Shown here: in pieces, positions 51,605 through 64,000 of the stretch
Layout of the letters: each line of letters starts with the position of its first letter
How positions within the stretch are numbered: position 1 is the stretch's first letter
Assembly (NCBI RefSeq): GCF_006345805.1
Contig: NC_042998.1
Span: 40,114,001-40,178,000, forward strand
DNA from: Octopus sinensis
Lineage: Eukaryota
Length of the DNA stretch: 64,000 nt
Reading direction: 5' to 3'
Notes under the pieces: model-generated
What the model was told of the DNA's origin: nothing
Databases searched by the model: none
Seen by the model: the letters and a program-made list of their open reading frames with translations, nothing else
Position numbers and translations under genes: made by a program

Positions 51605-54600
51605 TTAGTTAGCTTCTTCATTATCAAACCGGAAGCTCTCGATGTGTCTGTTGCGGTGAACTATCTCCCATCGATTAAACCATGGGCCTGATACACAGGT
51701 GTTAAATTCATCATCAGTGTTCTCATCCTGTTGAATAAAAGCAATGTTAAATAATTCTATTGATTTCTTATTCTGATATTGATGTCTTACACAAGAGAAA
51801 AGATATTAAAAATAGGAACAATAATTATTGCATAAATGTTTCTAATTTAGATATGGTGATAGAAATTGTGAGAAGAAGGAGGGGTTAGTCAGTGACATCA
51901 ACTCCAGTTCTTGACTGGTACTTTATTTCATTGATCAAAGCAGAATGAAAGGCAATGTTGATCACTGCAGGATTTAAACTCAATGTAAAGAGCCATAGCT
52001 AAGCAACTACGAGGTATTTTATCCAAAGCTCCAACCTATTATAATCATCATCATTTAACATCCATTTTCCATGTTGGCTTAGATTGAACAGTTTGACAGG
52101 ATATGACCATCCAGGGGACTGCACCAAGCTGCAATGTCTGTTTTAGTATGGCTTCTACAGCTGGATGCACTTCCTAACACCAACCACTTTACAGAATGTA
52201 CTGGACACATTTTGCATGACACCACTATTAGTGAGAAGACTCACAAGACAATACTACATCCCACTCAACTGACTGATGTGTAGTATTGATCAAGGTGGTT
52301 TTATGCCGAGTCAAGTACATCATCAAAATAAATATCAAATGGAAATTGTAGTTGTGATACCTGTGCCGGTGGCACATAAAAAGCACCAACAAATCGTGAC
52401 CGCTGCCAGCCCCCACCTGTGCCGGTGGCATGTAAAAAGCACCCACTACACTCATGGAGTGGTTGGTGTTAGGAAGGGCATCCAGCTGTAGAAACACTGC
52501 CAGATCAGACTGGAGCCTGGTGCAGCCTCCTGGCTTCCCAGACCCCAGTCGAACCATCCAACCCGTGCTAGCACGGAAAATGGTCATTAAACGATGATGA
52601 TGATGTGTTGAGAGGCTGAAGTATGATAGAGGAACTGCAACAAGTGTTTTGCTGTAGAAGAAAATATATGGCTACCTTAGTTGGAAAAGCAAGATAGTGG
52701 TGAATATGTGTCTCAAATACCCTCAAGTTACGAGAAGGTGAATTTAAGAAAAATGATAGAGAGGATTGGACAGGGTGGATGGGTAAGTAAACAGATTAGT
52801 GAGAATGTGAGAGGGGAGTGGTAGATGGATAGAGATGGGGACAGAAGGGAACACAGCTGGAGTAGTGGTGTTAGGAAGAGTAGTTGCTCGGGAGAGATTT
52901 GTCAGACAGACTGTGTGCAGAGGCAAAGCGATATAAACCTTTAAATCTTTAAAAATGTTTCAGCTTCAAAGCTGCAGTCATACTGGGACACCACTGTTGT
53001 ATAAGGATTATTATAATACTGGAATCAGATAAGTCTTTTTTCTTTTTTTGACTTGCATTGTTCTGACCTGTGGGTACCACTGTACTTTCTTATTGAAAGG
53101 TAATGAATTACAAAAACAGTACAAACCAAATGCCTGACAGTATTTAGTTTTGTTCCTCCATATTCAGAGTTAATATTTTATCAGGGTTAATAAATACCAA
53201 TGATTGGCTATCAAGTAAAAAATATCTCTATAAACCTGTATTCATATGGTTAAGCTAGAAATGACTATCAGTTTACTAGGGTTGGTATTAATGTAAATTA
53301 ATTATAAAATGTTTGATGCATTTATATATACTCTGTTATCCTAAATATCATCTAAATTCCATACAGATAAAAGAGATAACCATATAAATAATGAAATGAA
53401 ATGATATTTCCTATTGCATAAAAAAAATCATGCATAGGAGTGGCTGTGTGGTAAGTAGCTTGCTTACCAACCACATGGTTCCGGGTTCAGTCCCACTGCA
53501 TGGCACCTTGTGAGTGGATTTGGTAGACAGAAACTGAAAGAAGCCCATCGTATATATATGTGTGTGTGTCTGTGTTTGTCCCCCCAACATCGCTTGACAA
53601 CCCCGTAACTTAGCAGTTCGTCAAAAGAGACCAATAGAATAAGTACTAGGCTTACAAAGAATAAGTCCTGGGGTTGATTTGCTCGACTAAAGGCAGTGCT
53701 CCAGCATGGCTGCAGTCAAATGACTGAAACAAGTAAAAGAGTATCTTGTTGATCAAAGCTACAAGATAATGCATAATTAATTCAAAGCTATTTAAATAAA
53801 TGAGCATTACACTTGATAGAAAGTGTTAAACTCCAGAAACCTTGTCCAAATACTAAAGGTGCCAGGTGATGGGGTTTAAAGCAGACAGCAGGTTAAGTCT
53901 ATCACCCAAGTAGGCCATAGTAGGATTCGAACTTAGAACATAAAGAGCCAGTATAACTATCTGACCCAATGTTCTTACCGTTATGCCTATCCTCCATCAT
54001 AGATTATACTTTTGTATTGATCTCAAAAGTATGAAAGCTATAACTGTCTTCAGTGAGATTTGAAACAAGGGTATAGAGAGGTGTAACAAATACCCTGAGA
54101 CAGTCTAATGATTCTGCCAGTTTATCACCTATAGATAGCAAAATATTAAATATACCTTCTTAGAATAACGTTTTTGCCACTCAGTTTTACGGTCAGTTGA
54201 AAGAAACTTTTCCCAGTCTGGTTCTAAATCTGGCTGTTTTTCTGATCTCATTAGTATTCCTTCTTGGAGATTATAAAATCCCCATTTTTCCTTTGGAGAT
54301 TGCCACCGTAAATCAACACTCCAACGCACATCATTTGAAATATTTAACAAACTGTGAAAAGAACAAAAGATGATCTGTTATTAAGATTGGTTCAAAAATA
54401 TAATTGGGAAATTTCAAACCTAATCATTAATCTTCTTCTAACAATCACAATCAATAGAGCTGACTTATTGGAAATATAAAAAAAATTTTTGGTTGAATGG
54501 ATTTAGATATAACTGTTGTATTAATGATTTCTAAAAAATATAAATATTGGTTTCAAATTTTGGCACTAGACCAACAAGTTTGGGGGAAGGGGTAAGTTGA

Positions 54601-57600
54601 TTACATCGACCCTGATGCTCAACTGGTACTAATTTTATTGACCCTGAAAGGATGAACGGCAAAGTCAACCTTGGTGGTATTTGAATTCAGATCATAAAGA
54701 CGAATGAAATGCTGCTAAGCATTTTGCCCAGCATGCTAATGATTCTGCCAGCTCACTGCCGTAAAGAATGTTAATATTGAACAGAGATCCTTAATTTCAA
54801 AGAAAGTAAATATATGCCAAATAATACAGATAAAACTTACATAAAAAAAAAATACAGAATTAATTGTACTTTTCTTTCAGGTTCTAGATCATCCCTTAAA
54901 ACTAAACAAAATATTCTTTTCTACTCTAGGCACAAAACCTGAAATTTTATGGGGAGGGGGCCAGTTGATTAGCTCGACCCCAGTACACAACTGGTACTTA
55001 TTTTATTGACTCCAAAAGGATGAAAGGCAAAGTCGACCTCAGCAGAATTTGACCTCAGAATGTAAAAGCATACGAAATAACGCTAAGCATTTCACCTGGC
55101 GTGCTAACGTTTTTTTATAGCTTGCCACCTTAAACTAAACAAAATATTAAATACCTGAAAGGTTCATGGAAGGTTTCACAAAACCTATCATAATTTAATA
55201 TCCCAGCATTATTTTCAGTTGAAATTTGAGATATTTACCTTCGATGTGGTGTGATATTTTGAAATAGGAGCATTCCACCATAAGGAACATGGCAAGTTAT
55301 AATATCTCTCTCTAAATCAACACCTGAAGATAATAAAAATTAAAAATCATATTGTGTATTATAAGATTATTAGATTTATTATATTTAGATTAAATTTGAC
55401 TATCATCTAAATGAAATTCTGCTAATATATAATTACAAGCCATACATAGGGGATGCCATATATAGTAAATATATTGTATTGTCTATAGTTATAAAGTTAT
55501 GAATGATGTTGAGTTATCTGAATCAAAATACATTTTTTAAGTAAGTCACTAGAGAAAGGCCAGCAGCCATGAACCTTCTTCAAGTCATCTAAGACTTGTA
55601 GGGGCAACACATTATACTGCATCCAGGGGTGAGGCTCTAGTTTAGGAGTTTTGTGTAGGATGGATTCATCTGTTAGTTACTACTACTCTCAGATCTGCTC
55701 TGGCCTGAGATGTTAGTATAGGTGAAATGGTGAGAGACAACATTGTGACTAAGGTACAAAGGACTTGGAAGAAGGCTGATTCTAGACATGTGTTACACTA
55801 GCCAACTGATATGTGGACAAATCTTGATGTTACATGAACCAATCTCACTGTCCAATGCTTAGATAGGCTTTGTGCTTCAATGGTATGCTTGAGAAAGACT
55901 AGCAAAGTAACCAACAGGAAACCATTGCTCCTAAGTAAAACCGTGAATCTTCAGACTTAGGCATGGAGGTTTGTGATTACTGATACTTGTAGGTGTAGTG
56001 TCTGAAGAGAAGAGAAGACTAAGAGGAGGAAGTTATCTTCAGATTTGAGTCCTGGCTTGAAGGCTTGAAACAGTATACTCCATTAAAAGCACTCAAAAGC
56101 CTGGTGGTGTTATTAAACCAGATGACTAATGATGTCTATTACTCAAGATCAAAAATTCTCCCTCTGATAAGTTTCACAGTTCATCTCCTAAATTTAACCC
56201 AGAAAGCTTTGGTTGATCCAAGATTATGGTGAAAGAGACTTGCTTAAGGTGACATGGTGAGTGTTCAAATCTGAAACCATGTGAAAGAGAATTTTTTATC
56301 CATGTAGCTATAGATGCACTAAACTGAATGTAATATAGAAGTAGTCAATCATATGTTTTTGATACCAGCATAGCAGACATTTCATTATAGGAAGAAAACA
56401 ACACTTTGTTTAGCATTGATGTAGAATTCAAGTTGTCTACTTATTTTGGGAACTATTGTATAAGCATCATATATTAAGGAAGTATTGGACATGAAATACT
56501 AGTTATCACCAAGTATTGGACATGAAATACTAGTTATCACCAAATTTTAAACTGCTTATTGTATGCAAATTTATTATATGAATCATGGAAGGATAAAGAT
56601 TTTACAATCAAGAAAAGTATGCCTCATTTTCTCAATTAATTTAGTCTGTTATTGTACTTGTGATCTAGTGCTTGTTTTCAGTACAATGGAATGTAAATAA
56701 AATACAGAATACAATTGTGTTGTAATTTCTCATGTCTCCTTGGATTGAAGTGACAACTGAAATCTTTGTCTTGACATAATGTGTCAAGAGTAGATTAGAT
56801 TAGCAGACTCCTATCTTTCTGTAGCTGTATTCAGTTGTATGTGACTTTTTGGATGAAGAATAAAGTTATGATGTTTATGCTGCTCCAAAATATATCATCA
56901 GTATAAATTAAATCATTCAGACTAAGAATTGAAACTAAGTCATAGATTCAGCTCAGTGAGAGCTTAATATTCTGCAATACTTACAAGTGGAAATGATACA
57001 AGAAGTTATAAGTAGTTGGTATATGAGTTTTCCTTACAAAATTTCAAAGATTTAAACAAGAAACACCACTTCATAATAACTTTTGTAAAGTCATGAATAT
57101 CTCAACATCACAAGAAATTGTCCTGTGATAGTCACAGTTGAAGTAAATTCTTACCTAATGTTTTTTGCATTTCTTCTTCAGCCAGATCGACATACCATGT
57201 ATCTCCAGGGCTGCAAGTATGGTGAGCAACCTTTCCAGTGCGATGACCATAGCGAGCCATCTATTAAAGGCAGAACAGAGTCATTTTAAAGTATTCAGGG
57301 CTATGACTTTCAACTAGAAATAGGAGACAATACAGTAAAACAATAGGAATGCACAACAATTTTCTCAGACATTCCTATTATTGAAATTTTGAAAGATAAT
57401 TTCTGTCACTATACTTATGTTATTGTGACTACTATATTCAAAGTCATGGTCAAATGAAAGAAAACCTCCAAGCAACATATATACAAACAGTACAAATATA
57501 CTTCACAAACCATTCACCCAATAAATTATGAAACATTTTCCCAACTCATCAGCACAAATGCAAATACACTATCCAGGCACACTCAACTTCAACTTGGCTC

Positions 57601-60393
57601 AACTTAGAACTAACTAATTATTCTTCCTTCATTCCTAACCCCAAACACATATTGGACACTGCTCAACCTGCAAGGCCTACATGATGCAATCTTTTACATT
57701 GCACACATATACCTAAATCACAACATACCTCACTTAAACAGACCAACGTTTCAAGAGTTGGAACCAAGTCTCTGCTTCTTGAATGAAATTCAATAATTGC
57801 AGCACGGTTCAGTTGACAAGAACAGTGATGAGATGATGATGAATAGTGATGAGAACAGTGTCAATACAACTATGGTTATAGTGATACCTGTAATGATTCT
57901 TTCAAAATTTTGACATGAAAATGATATTAAACAATTATTTACTTGCATGCCTCCATTTCTAGCATTGGTATTCAAGAATGGGATCCATGCAGTCAGTATC
58001 ATATGATCATAAGAATCAGGATCAAAATAGGCGCTATCTGGAAAAAAAAAAATTAAACTATCATTTCAGTGAATAAATTAAGTGATGAAATATTGGTTTC
58101 AAACTTTTGCACAAAATCAGAAAATTAGGGAGAAAAGTAAGTCAATTACATCAATTCCAGTAATCAATTGGTACTCCATTGACCCAAAAAGGATGAAAGG
58201 CAAAATCAATTTCAGCAGAATGTAAACTCAGAATGTGAAAATGGATGAAATGCCAGTATTTCACCTGGCATGCAAACAATTTGCCACTGCACAGCCTAAA
58301 GTAATGAAATATTAATAGCTTACATAGAAAAATATTGATTTCTTGTACAGGTAATTCAAATATTAAAATATATTCCTTCATTAACAATACATGATACCTT
58401 TTCAGCTATTTTCACCCATTTACATCTCATGTCAACATATATATGTCTCCTACCTATGTCAGCTAAAGCCTTTAAAACATGGCTATTTTCTTACTTCCCT
58501 TGCAGAGGGAAGGAGACTTCTATTTTTCTCATTTCTTTTTAGTCTCCACAAATCTTCCACTTTTATTTCCACATCTTACTATGCTGCAGTAACACCTCTT
58601 ACAAATGCTTTATAGAAATTGCCTTCATCCAAAGAGGAATCCTTTGTTGCTTACTGATAATTCAGATGAAAGAAACTATCAGCTATATCTAATGAGGAGT
58701 TCAAAGATTTTGTTTCATGGGTATCTGTTTTGGTAATTATTCCAACAAATCTACAGGATCTGAAGTTCAGGTTTTCTTATAGTCTATCAGGGATTTTGCT
58801 ACATTTCTGAGGTACCATTTCTTGAACTAAGTGTACAGTACTGAGTTTCTAAGTATACCTTTCCTATATTTTGAGTAAGCTCACTTTTAAGATGACAAAG
58901 AAATTTTGTGCTAATCTCATTTGCCATGCTAAACCTGTTGACTGTAAACCATGATTCCATGTTTGGAATGATTTCCGTGACTGTTTGATATATTTCGCCC
59001 TGAGAACCAACAGTATGGAAAGCAGGGTTGGACCTTGTAGGATTTGAATTCAGGAAATAAGGTGACATAATTAAATATCCCAAAATGTTTAATAAAAAAA
59101 AAAACCTCTCTACCATCAACCAGAAAAAAAAAAAAAATATATATATATATATATATGTTACCTTGGTGCCATGGAACTTGTACAATTTTAGAATTTGGAA
59201 TTTTAGGACGAAGGTTCCAAACTGGGTGACCAGAAACTTCTGGTCCCAAAATCTGTTCAGCAATATTCAGTAATCTTTCATTGGACCAAAGGTTTTGGAA
59301 ACTCTTTTGTGATAACAAATTTGTAAATAAAACAAAGGGAATAATTTTAGAAGTAAAAAAAGGTTGGATATATTTTTAAAAAGGGTGAATATAATATTTT
59401 AAAAATACATAATTAATAAATTATTTACTTTGCACAAAGGTTAAAAAAATATTGAATCAAACATCAAATATCTGTATTTTCTGATGGACTGCTTAATGGA
59501 TGCAGTGATATCAATTCAGAAAAGAAATACTTCTATTAGGTTATGGGATATATCTTCTTCACCATCTCTCTTTCTCCTCTCTTTTCTCTTTTTCCAGCTG
59601 TGATAGCTGCATGTCTCCTTTACTGCAACACTCCTTTTTCCGTCCCTCTATCATGCTCTTGCCTCTCATCAACTTACACAAAGCCATCTCCATCCATATT
59701 ACTTCCCTCTCAGTTGAAGAGGTCTTACCTTGCACTGGTGATCTCACTGGTGCTGATGCCAAGTAAAAAGCATCCAGTTCACTCTGTAAAGTGGTTGTCA
59801 TTTGGAAGGGCATTCAGCTGTACAAACCATGTTAAAGTTATCAAAATTGTCAAACTCATTCCAGCAGGGAAAGCAAACATTAAATGATGATGATGATGAC
59901 AACAAGGATGATGATGATGGCAATGATGATGACGACGACGACAATGACGACAACGACGACGATGATGATGAGGAAATGGAAGTTGTGATGATTATCATCA
60001 TTTTCTCTTAGATCTTTAATGCTGTGAGAGTACTTAAATAATGACAATCAAGAATTAAAAATTAGTCATAAATTTTTTTTTATATTGCAATTTGCACTGT
60101 CAGTTACAGGTTTCCCATGAGTCAATGTTTGATTGCTTTTACAATAGCGAGAGTGATAGGAGAGTATTCTTGTAACTCAGGGCAGAATAAGTACCAACAC
60201 AATACTTTGTTTGAAGAGCACTAGTTTTCTGGGATTCACTCTAATGCTTGCATCCTTTGTTAATACTGTATTTGAAACTATGTTGTTAGGAAGTGAACTT
60301 TTTAACTACATACACACATATATATATATACATACATGTACATATACTCAACCAAAATAGAAAACACCTATGCTGGGATCACATAACAAGCAG

Positions 60394-60485
<92 letters not shown>

Positions 60486-63149
60486 ATATATATATAAGCT
60501 CAAACTAGTGGACAATGCTGAGAATTCTGTAGTAAATGCAGACACAAGTAATAAAAGTATAAAGAAGTTTCCTCTCTGACAACAGTTTCACGAAAAAAAT
60601 ATTGATTTCAGAGATTATGTCAGGGTGGTTGATTAATATGTAGAGGAAAAATGTTTATAGAAAAATGTCAATGAAGTCATTATTTACAGGAATAAGTTCA
60701 TCACCTTAAAACTTCAACTATCAAGACATTTTCAATTTTTCTATGATTACATGAAACATGAAACAATTACCTTGGTCAACTTCTGAGATTTGAAGATAAG
60801 AATAGATGCTCCCGAAAATTCCTTGTCTATCTCTGTCAATCTTTGAAATAATCCACAGTCTTCATGAAGGTCTAGAAATAATGTTTTGAATGTTTTTGAG
60901 TGATAAAACAAATGTGATAGTAGAGGGAAGATTGACAGATAAATGACAAAGATTTGAAGATGTGTAAAGAAGGAACAACACAACTACTAAAGAGGATGTA
61001 CAAAATGCACAGAGCTTAAACAACATGTTTATCTAACATATGCAGTAGTAATGAATAAATGATACTCAAATACTCAAAAGTATGAGCATGTAAAATTGTA
61101 ATATTTTCAGAAATAGCAGACAGAATATGAGAGAAAAGTGTTATATTCTAAACAAAAAAAATGTTAATAATATTATTGACTCATTGGTTTTTAAAAATGC
61201 TAAAAGAAAAAATGAATGAAAATGCAAATTTGAGAATTATATGGCAGATATACCTTGAGTTGCTCACATAAAATATTGTTTAGAAACTGACTGATTAAAT
61301 GATTTACCATAGAAATTTCTAAAATTGTATTACTGATGTTCCATAACTTATTTACTCATCAATGCACCATTGAAAATGTTGCCAACATGCAGTGTAATCT
61401 TCATGATGGCCAAGAATGTTGGATATCTGATAGACATGATGTTGTTGGTCTGTATCCCGTCACAAATCCCTATATTAAGTCTCAAATATAGTTCATAAAA
61501 AAAGCTGTCACAGGCTAGAAATAGTTCCCTGCTGTAATATTGATAACGCTGAAAAATTCATGAGTGTTTTATTAATTTGCAGCAGGTGTAGTTTTTGGGG
61601 TATAAATTTGAGAAGGATGGGCTATGTCACTATCTTGCCCTATGTACATGAAAGTAATAATGGTTATTAGACTCCTGATATACCTAGGATAAATCATTCA
61701 AGTTGTGGGAGAATTTTATCAGTATTGCAATCTAATTAAACAATTGTTAGTTTCCAATCTCCTATTTATAGGAGAGTAAATGGATTTTATTACAGTATCT
61801 GTTTTAAATGTTTTCTTTTTAGTAGAGACACAATAAACAGCAATAAAATTGTTGTTCATATATCCAGTTAGTAAGCTGGCCAATTGCGTTATTCAGAAAG
61901 GTGTATGGCAGTGCTACTCAAAGTGGTGACTTATGGACTGCCACCAGTCTATTAGCCATCAGCTGCCGGTGTGTGGTGAGTTTCCAGAAAAGAAAGAAAC
62001 ATAAAATGCTTATAAAATGCTTATGAAATGCTTATGTAATATTGTATTATTTGTTTACAAAATAAATATAAGATAAAAGAAATTATCCACTTTTATTGTA
62101 TTCATTAAATATATTGTTTCTGGTATAAATTAATATTACTAATAAATATTCCTTTCTATTATAAGCACAAGGCCTGAAATTTCAGGGGAGGATGAAAAGC
62201 AAAATTGACCTCAGTTGTATTTGAACTCAGAATGTAGCAACGGGTGAAATACCACCAAGCATTTCGTCCAGCGTGCTAACGATTCTGCCAGTTCACCATC
62301 TTCTAAGAAATATTACTAAGAACTATTACTGGTCCCTGGCACATTGGGAAAAAAAGCTGCTGGTATGCCACATCAGATAGTTTGAGAAGCACTGGTGTAT
62401 GGTATCTCTTCAATGATTAATTTGTTAATTGTTTCAAAGTACCGAGCAATAAAAAGAAAGAGAACTGGGAATAAGAACTGAGATTTGTCTAGAAATGGAA
62501 GCTGAAGTGTACATGAAGATCAGTGAAAATGGGTACAATAGCATAAAGAGTAAAATTTATTTATGAGTGTCACTTCACAACTAGTAGCATAATTACAAAG
62601 TAAATATGGATATATTTAATAGTGCCATTAAAATAAAAAGTAGTGTTGCTCAAAAAAAAAAAAAAATTGACAACTATTCTGTGATGGAAATTGCATGAAC
62701 CAACAAACACTTGATGGTCATTTTGGCTCTTATTGAAATGTTTTTGCTTTCCTCTGTGCTTTAAGTGGTTCCACTTGCAAATAGGAACTTTTCATATCCT
62801 TTTATAACTACTTGTTAGACTTAAATAAGTAATTGCTGAGTTAAAAAAGAGAAAAAGGAAGGAGTAGGCTGGAAATAAAAGTACATGGAATAGTTTAACA
62901 ATCAAATTTGTTTTGTACAAAATTTGAATTTATACTGCATTTTAATAAAGTGGTATGGAAAAAATTTGCTACCTTGAGTGGGAAATTAGTATGTAAGGTG
63001 CATGAAAGGAATCAATCTTACTAAAACATACCATTAATTTTCCCTGCTTCATACAGTTTCTGTGCCAGATTGTCAACTAGGATTTCAATGTCATTACAAC
63101 ATGGTTGAAGTTCTTCAGGTGTGAAAATATCATTCACAATAAGAAAACC
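51605..63149 (-). CDS. Phytanoyl-CoA dioxygenase (PhyH) family Fe(II)/2-oxoglutarate oxygenase, 8 exons visible, 5' end not found
   Basis: Minus-strand exons: 63149-63032, 60871-60771, 59303-59162, 58037-57943, 57260-57155, 55323-55239, 54351-54156, 51727-51605 (TAA). Phases are consistent. Motifs: GFLIVNDIFTPEEL, GHPVWNLRPK, VPWHQD (HxD), LTAWIPFLNTNARNGGMQ, GGMLLFQNITPHRS (distal His), RWSVDLRW (2-OG-binding Arg). The subfamily or orthologue was not assigned. Confidence 0.9.
52360..52605 (+). mobile_element. Repeat family B copy
   Basis: Family B core and (GAT)n tail. An older inverted copy lies at about 52025-52210. Confidence 0.8.
53433..53743 (+). mobile_element. tRNA-headed SINE, family A (internal deletions)
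   Basis: Same head and tail as 24362-24778. Confidence 0.8.
54545..55130 (-). mobile_element. Two nearby SINE family C copies
   Basis: Copies at about 54545-54770 and 54915-55130 share GGTACTTATTTTATTGAC..AAAGGATGAAAGGCAAAGTCGACCTC..GAATTTGA. Confidence 0.75.
56482..56543. repeat. 31-bp tandem duplication
   Basis: AAGTATTGGACATGAAATACTAGTTATCACC occurs twice in a row. Confidence 0.85.
59884..59975. repeat. (GAT/GAC)n trinucleotide tract (expanded tail of a family B copy)
   Basis: Directly visible, following GGAAAGCAAACATTAAAT. Confidence 0.85.
60397..60496. repeat. (TA)n microsatellite
   Basis: About 100 bp of TA with two interruptions. Other (TA)n tracts are at about 8875-8920, 24775-24830 and 59137-59156. 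Confidence 0.95.
61909..62394. mobile_element. hAT-like MITE with nested SINE fragment
   Basis: TIRs CAGTGCTACTCAAA / TTTGAGAAGCACTG. Perfect 8-bp TSD GTGTATGG at 61901-61908 and 62395-62402. Confidence 0.8.
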
Positions 63150-63229
63150 CTGATATTAAATAGAAGAGAATGATATATAATGTTTTAGAAAGCAATGATT
63201 GAAAAGGTTATATAGCACAAGTGATTAGA

Positions 63230-64000
63230 GACAGAATTAACCTTGATGAGATGCAGTTTGGATTTGTTAGGAAGAGGTACTGATGCCCTCTTCCTAGAGA
63301 GAAAACTGTAAAACTTGACAAAAACTTAGCTGTTATACCTAATATTTGTTGATCTTGCAACCGCTTTTAATTGGGTTTTATGCTCTGTAATTTGGTGGCT
63401 GTTAAAGAAGGCTACATGAATGTCTTGTGAGGATCATGAAAACAGGAGTGGGTGGCAAAGTAAGAGTGAATAGTGAATACAGCAATGAATTTAATATGCA
63501 AATAGGGGTTCGTTATGGCTCAATCCTCAGTCACATTCTCTTTACCTAAGTTTTCAGCTCATAGCAAAGATTAAAGTTTTAGTTAGAAAGAAGACAAGTC
63601 TCTGATAACACCAAGGAAATAGCTACGTATGATTTGCAATAAAGGAGACATAGAAATTCTATATTGTACCCAGAGTAAACCAGGGATACACAAGAGATGT
63701 AGTGAGATAACAGATTAACAAAGAAGGTGAACTTCATATAAGATGGATGCACAAAAGTAGTTATCTAGGTGACCAAATTAGCAGTGGAGCTAGGTGTTCT
63801 GAAAGAACAGTGACCAGAGTAAGATAGACTGGAAAAAGTTCAGGTAATTTTTATTTCTTTTGGTTACAAAGTTTCTCTCTCAGATAAACGTCAGACTGTA
63901 TGATGTTTGTTTACAAAACGTGATGCTGCTAGGTGAACCATGGACATTAAATGCAGATTTGTGAAGGTTTAAAAGTAACAAAGTGAGCATACTCCATTGC
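63230..64000 (+). mobile_element. Heavily decayed RTE-type reverse transcriptase fragment
   Basis: Broken-frame motifs DEMQFGFV, FVDL, an A(V)FN-like segment, GVRYGSILS and a YLG-like segment, with many stops and frameshifts. Confidence 0.6.

Noticed and set aside
59798-60011. Asp-rich and Ser-rich ORFs
   Set aside because: They are translations of a (GAT/GAC)n repeat tail inside an intron.

Overview
AT-rich animal genomic DNA. The repeat families are typical of a coleoid cephalopod, probably Octopus (inference from repeat recognition, no database search). Three spliced genes can be reconstructed with GT-AG introns and continuous reading frames. (1) The last 16 exons of a SWT1-like PIN-domain endoribonuclease gene (+, 893-20638; the 5' end is upstream of the window). 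(2) A complete 10-exon UBAC1/KPC2 gene (+, 27534-42462, 419 aa). (3) Eight exons of a phytanoyl-CoA-dioxygenase-family Fe(II)/2-oxoglutarate oxygenase gene (-, 51605-63149; the 5' end is not found in the window). Introns and intergenic DNA carry CR1- and RTE-type LINE fragments, decayed mariner/Tc1/Tigger transposons, piggyBac- and hAT-like MITEs, a Helitron-like element, two tRNA-headed SINE families, a (GAT)n-tailed repeat family and Penelope-like fragments. The most interesting unexplained signals are a cryptic two-exon minus-strand ORF with one in-frame TGA between SWT1 and UBAC1, degenerate minimal hammerhead-ribozyme motifs in UBAC1 introns, and inverted repeat pairs that could fold the pre-mRNAs. 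None of these is proven. Repeat boundaries are approximate unless a TSD or TIR is quoted.
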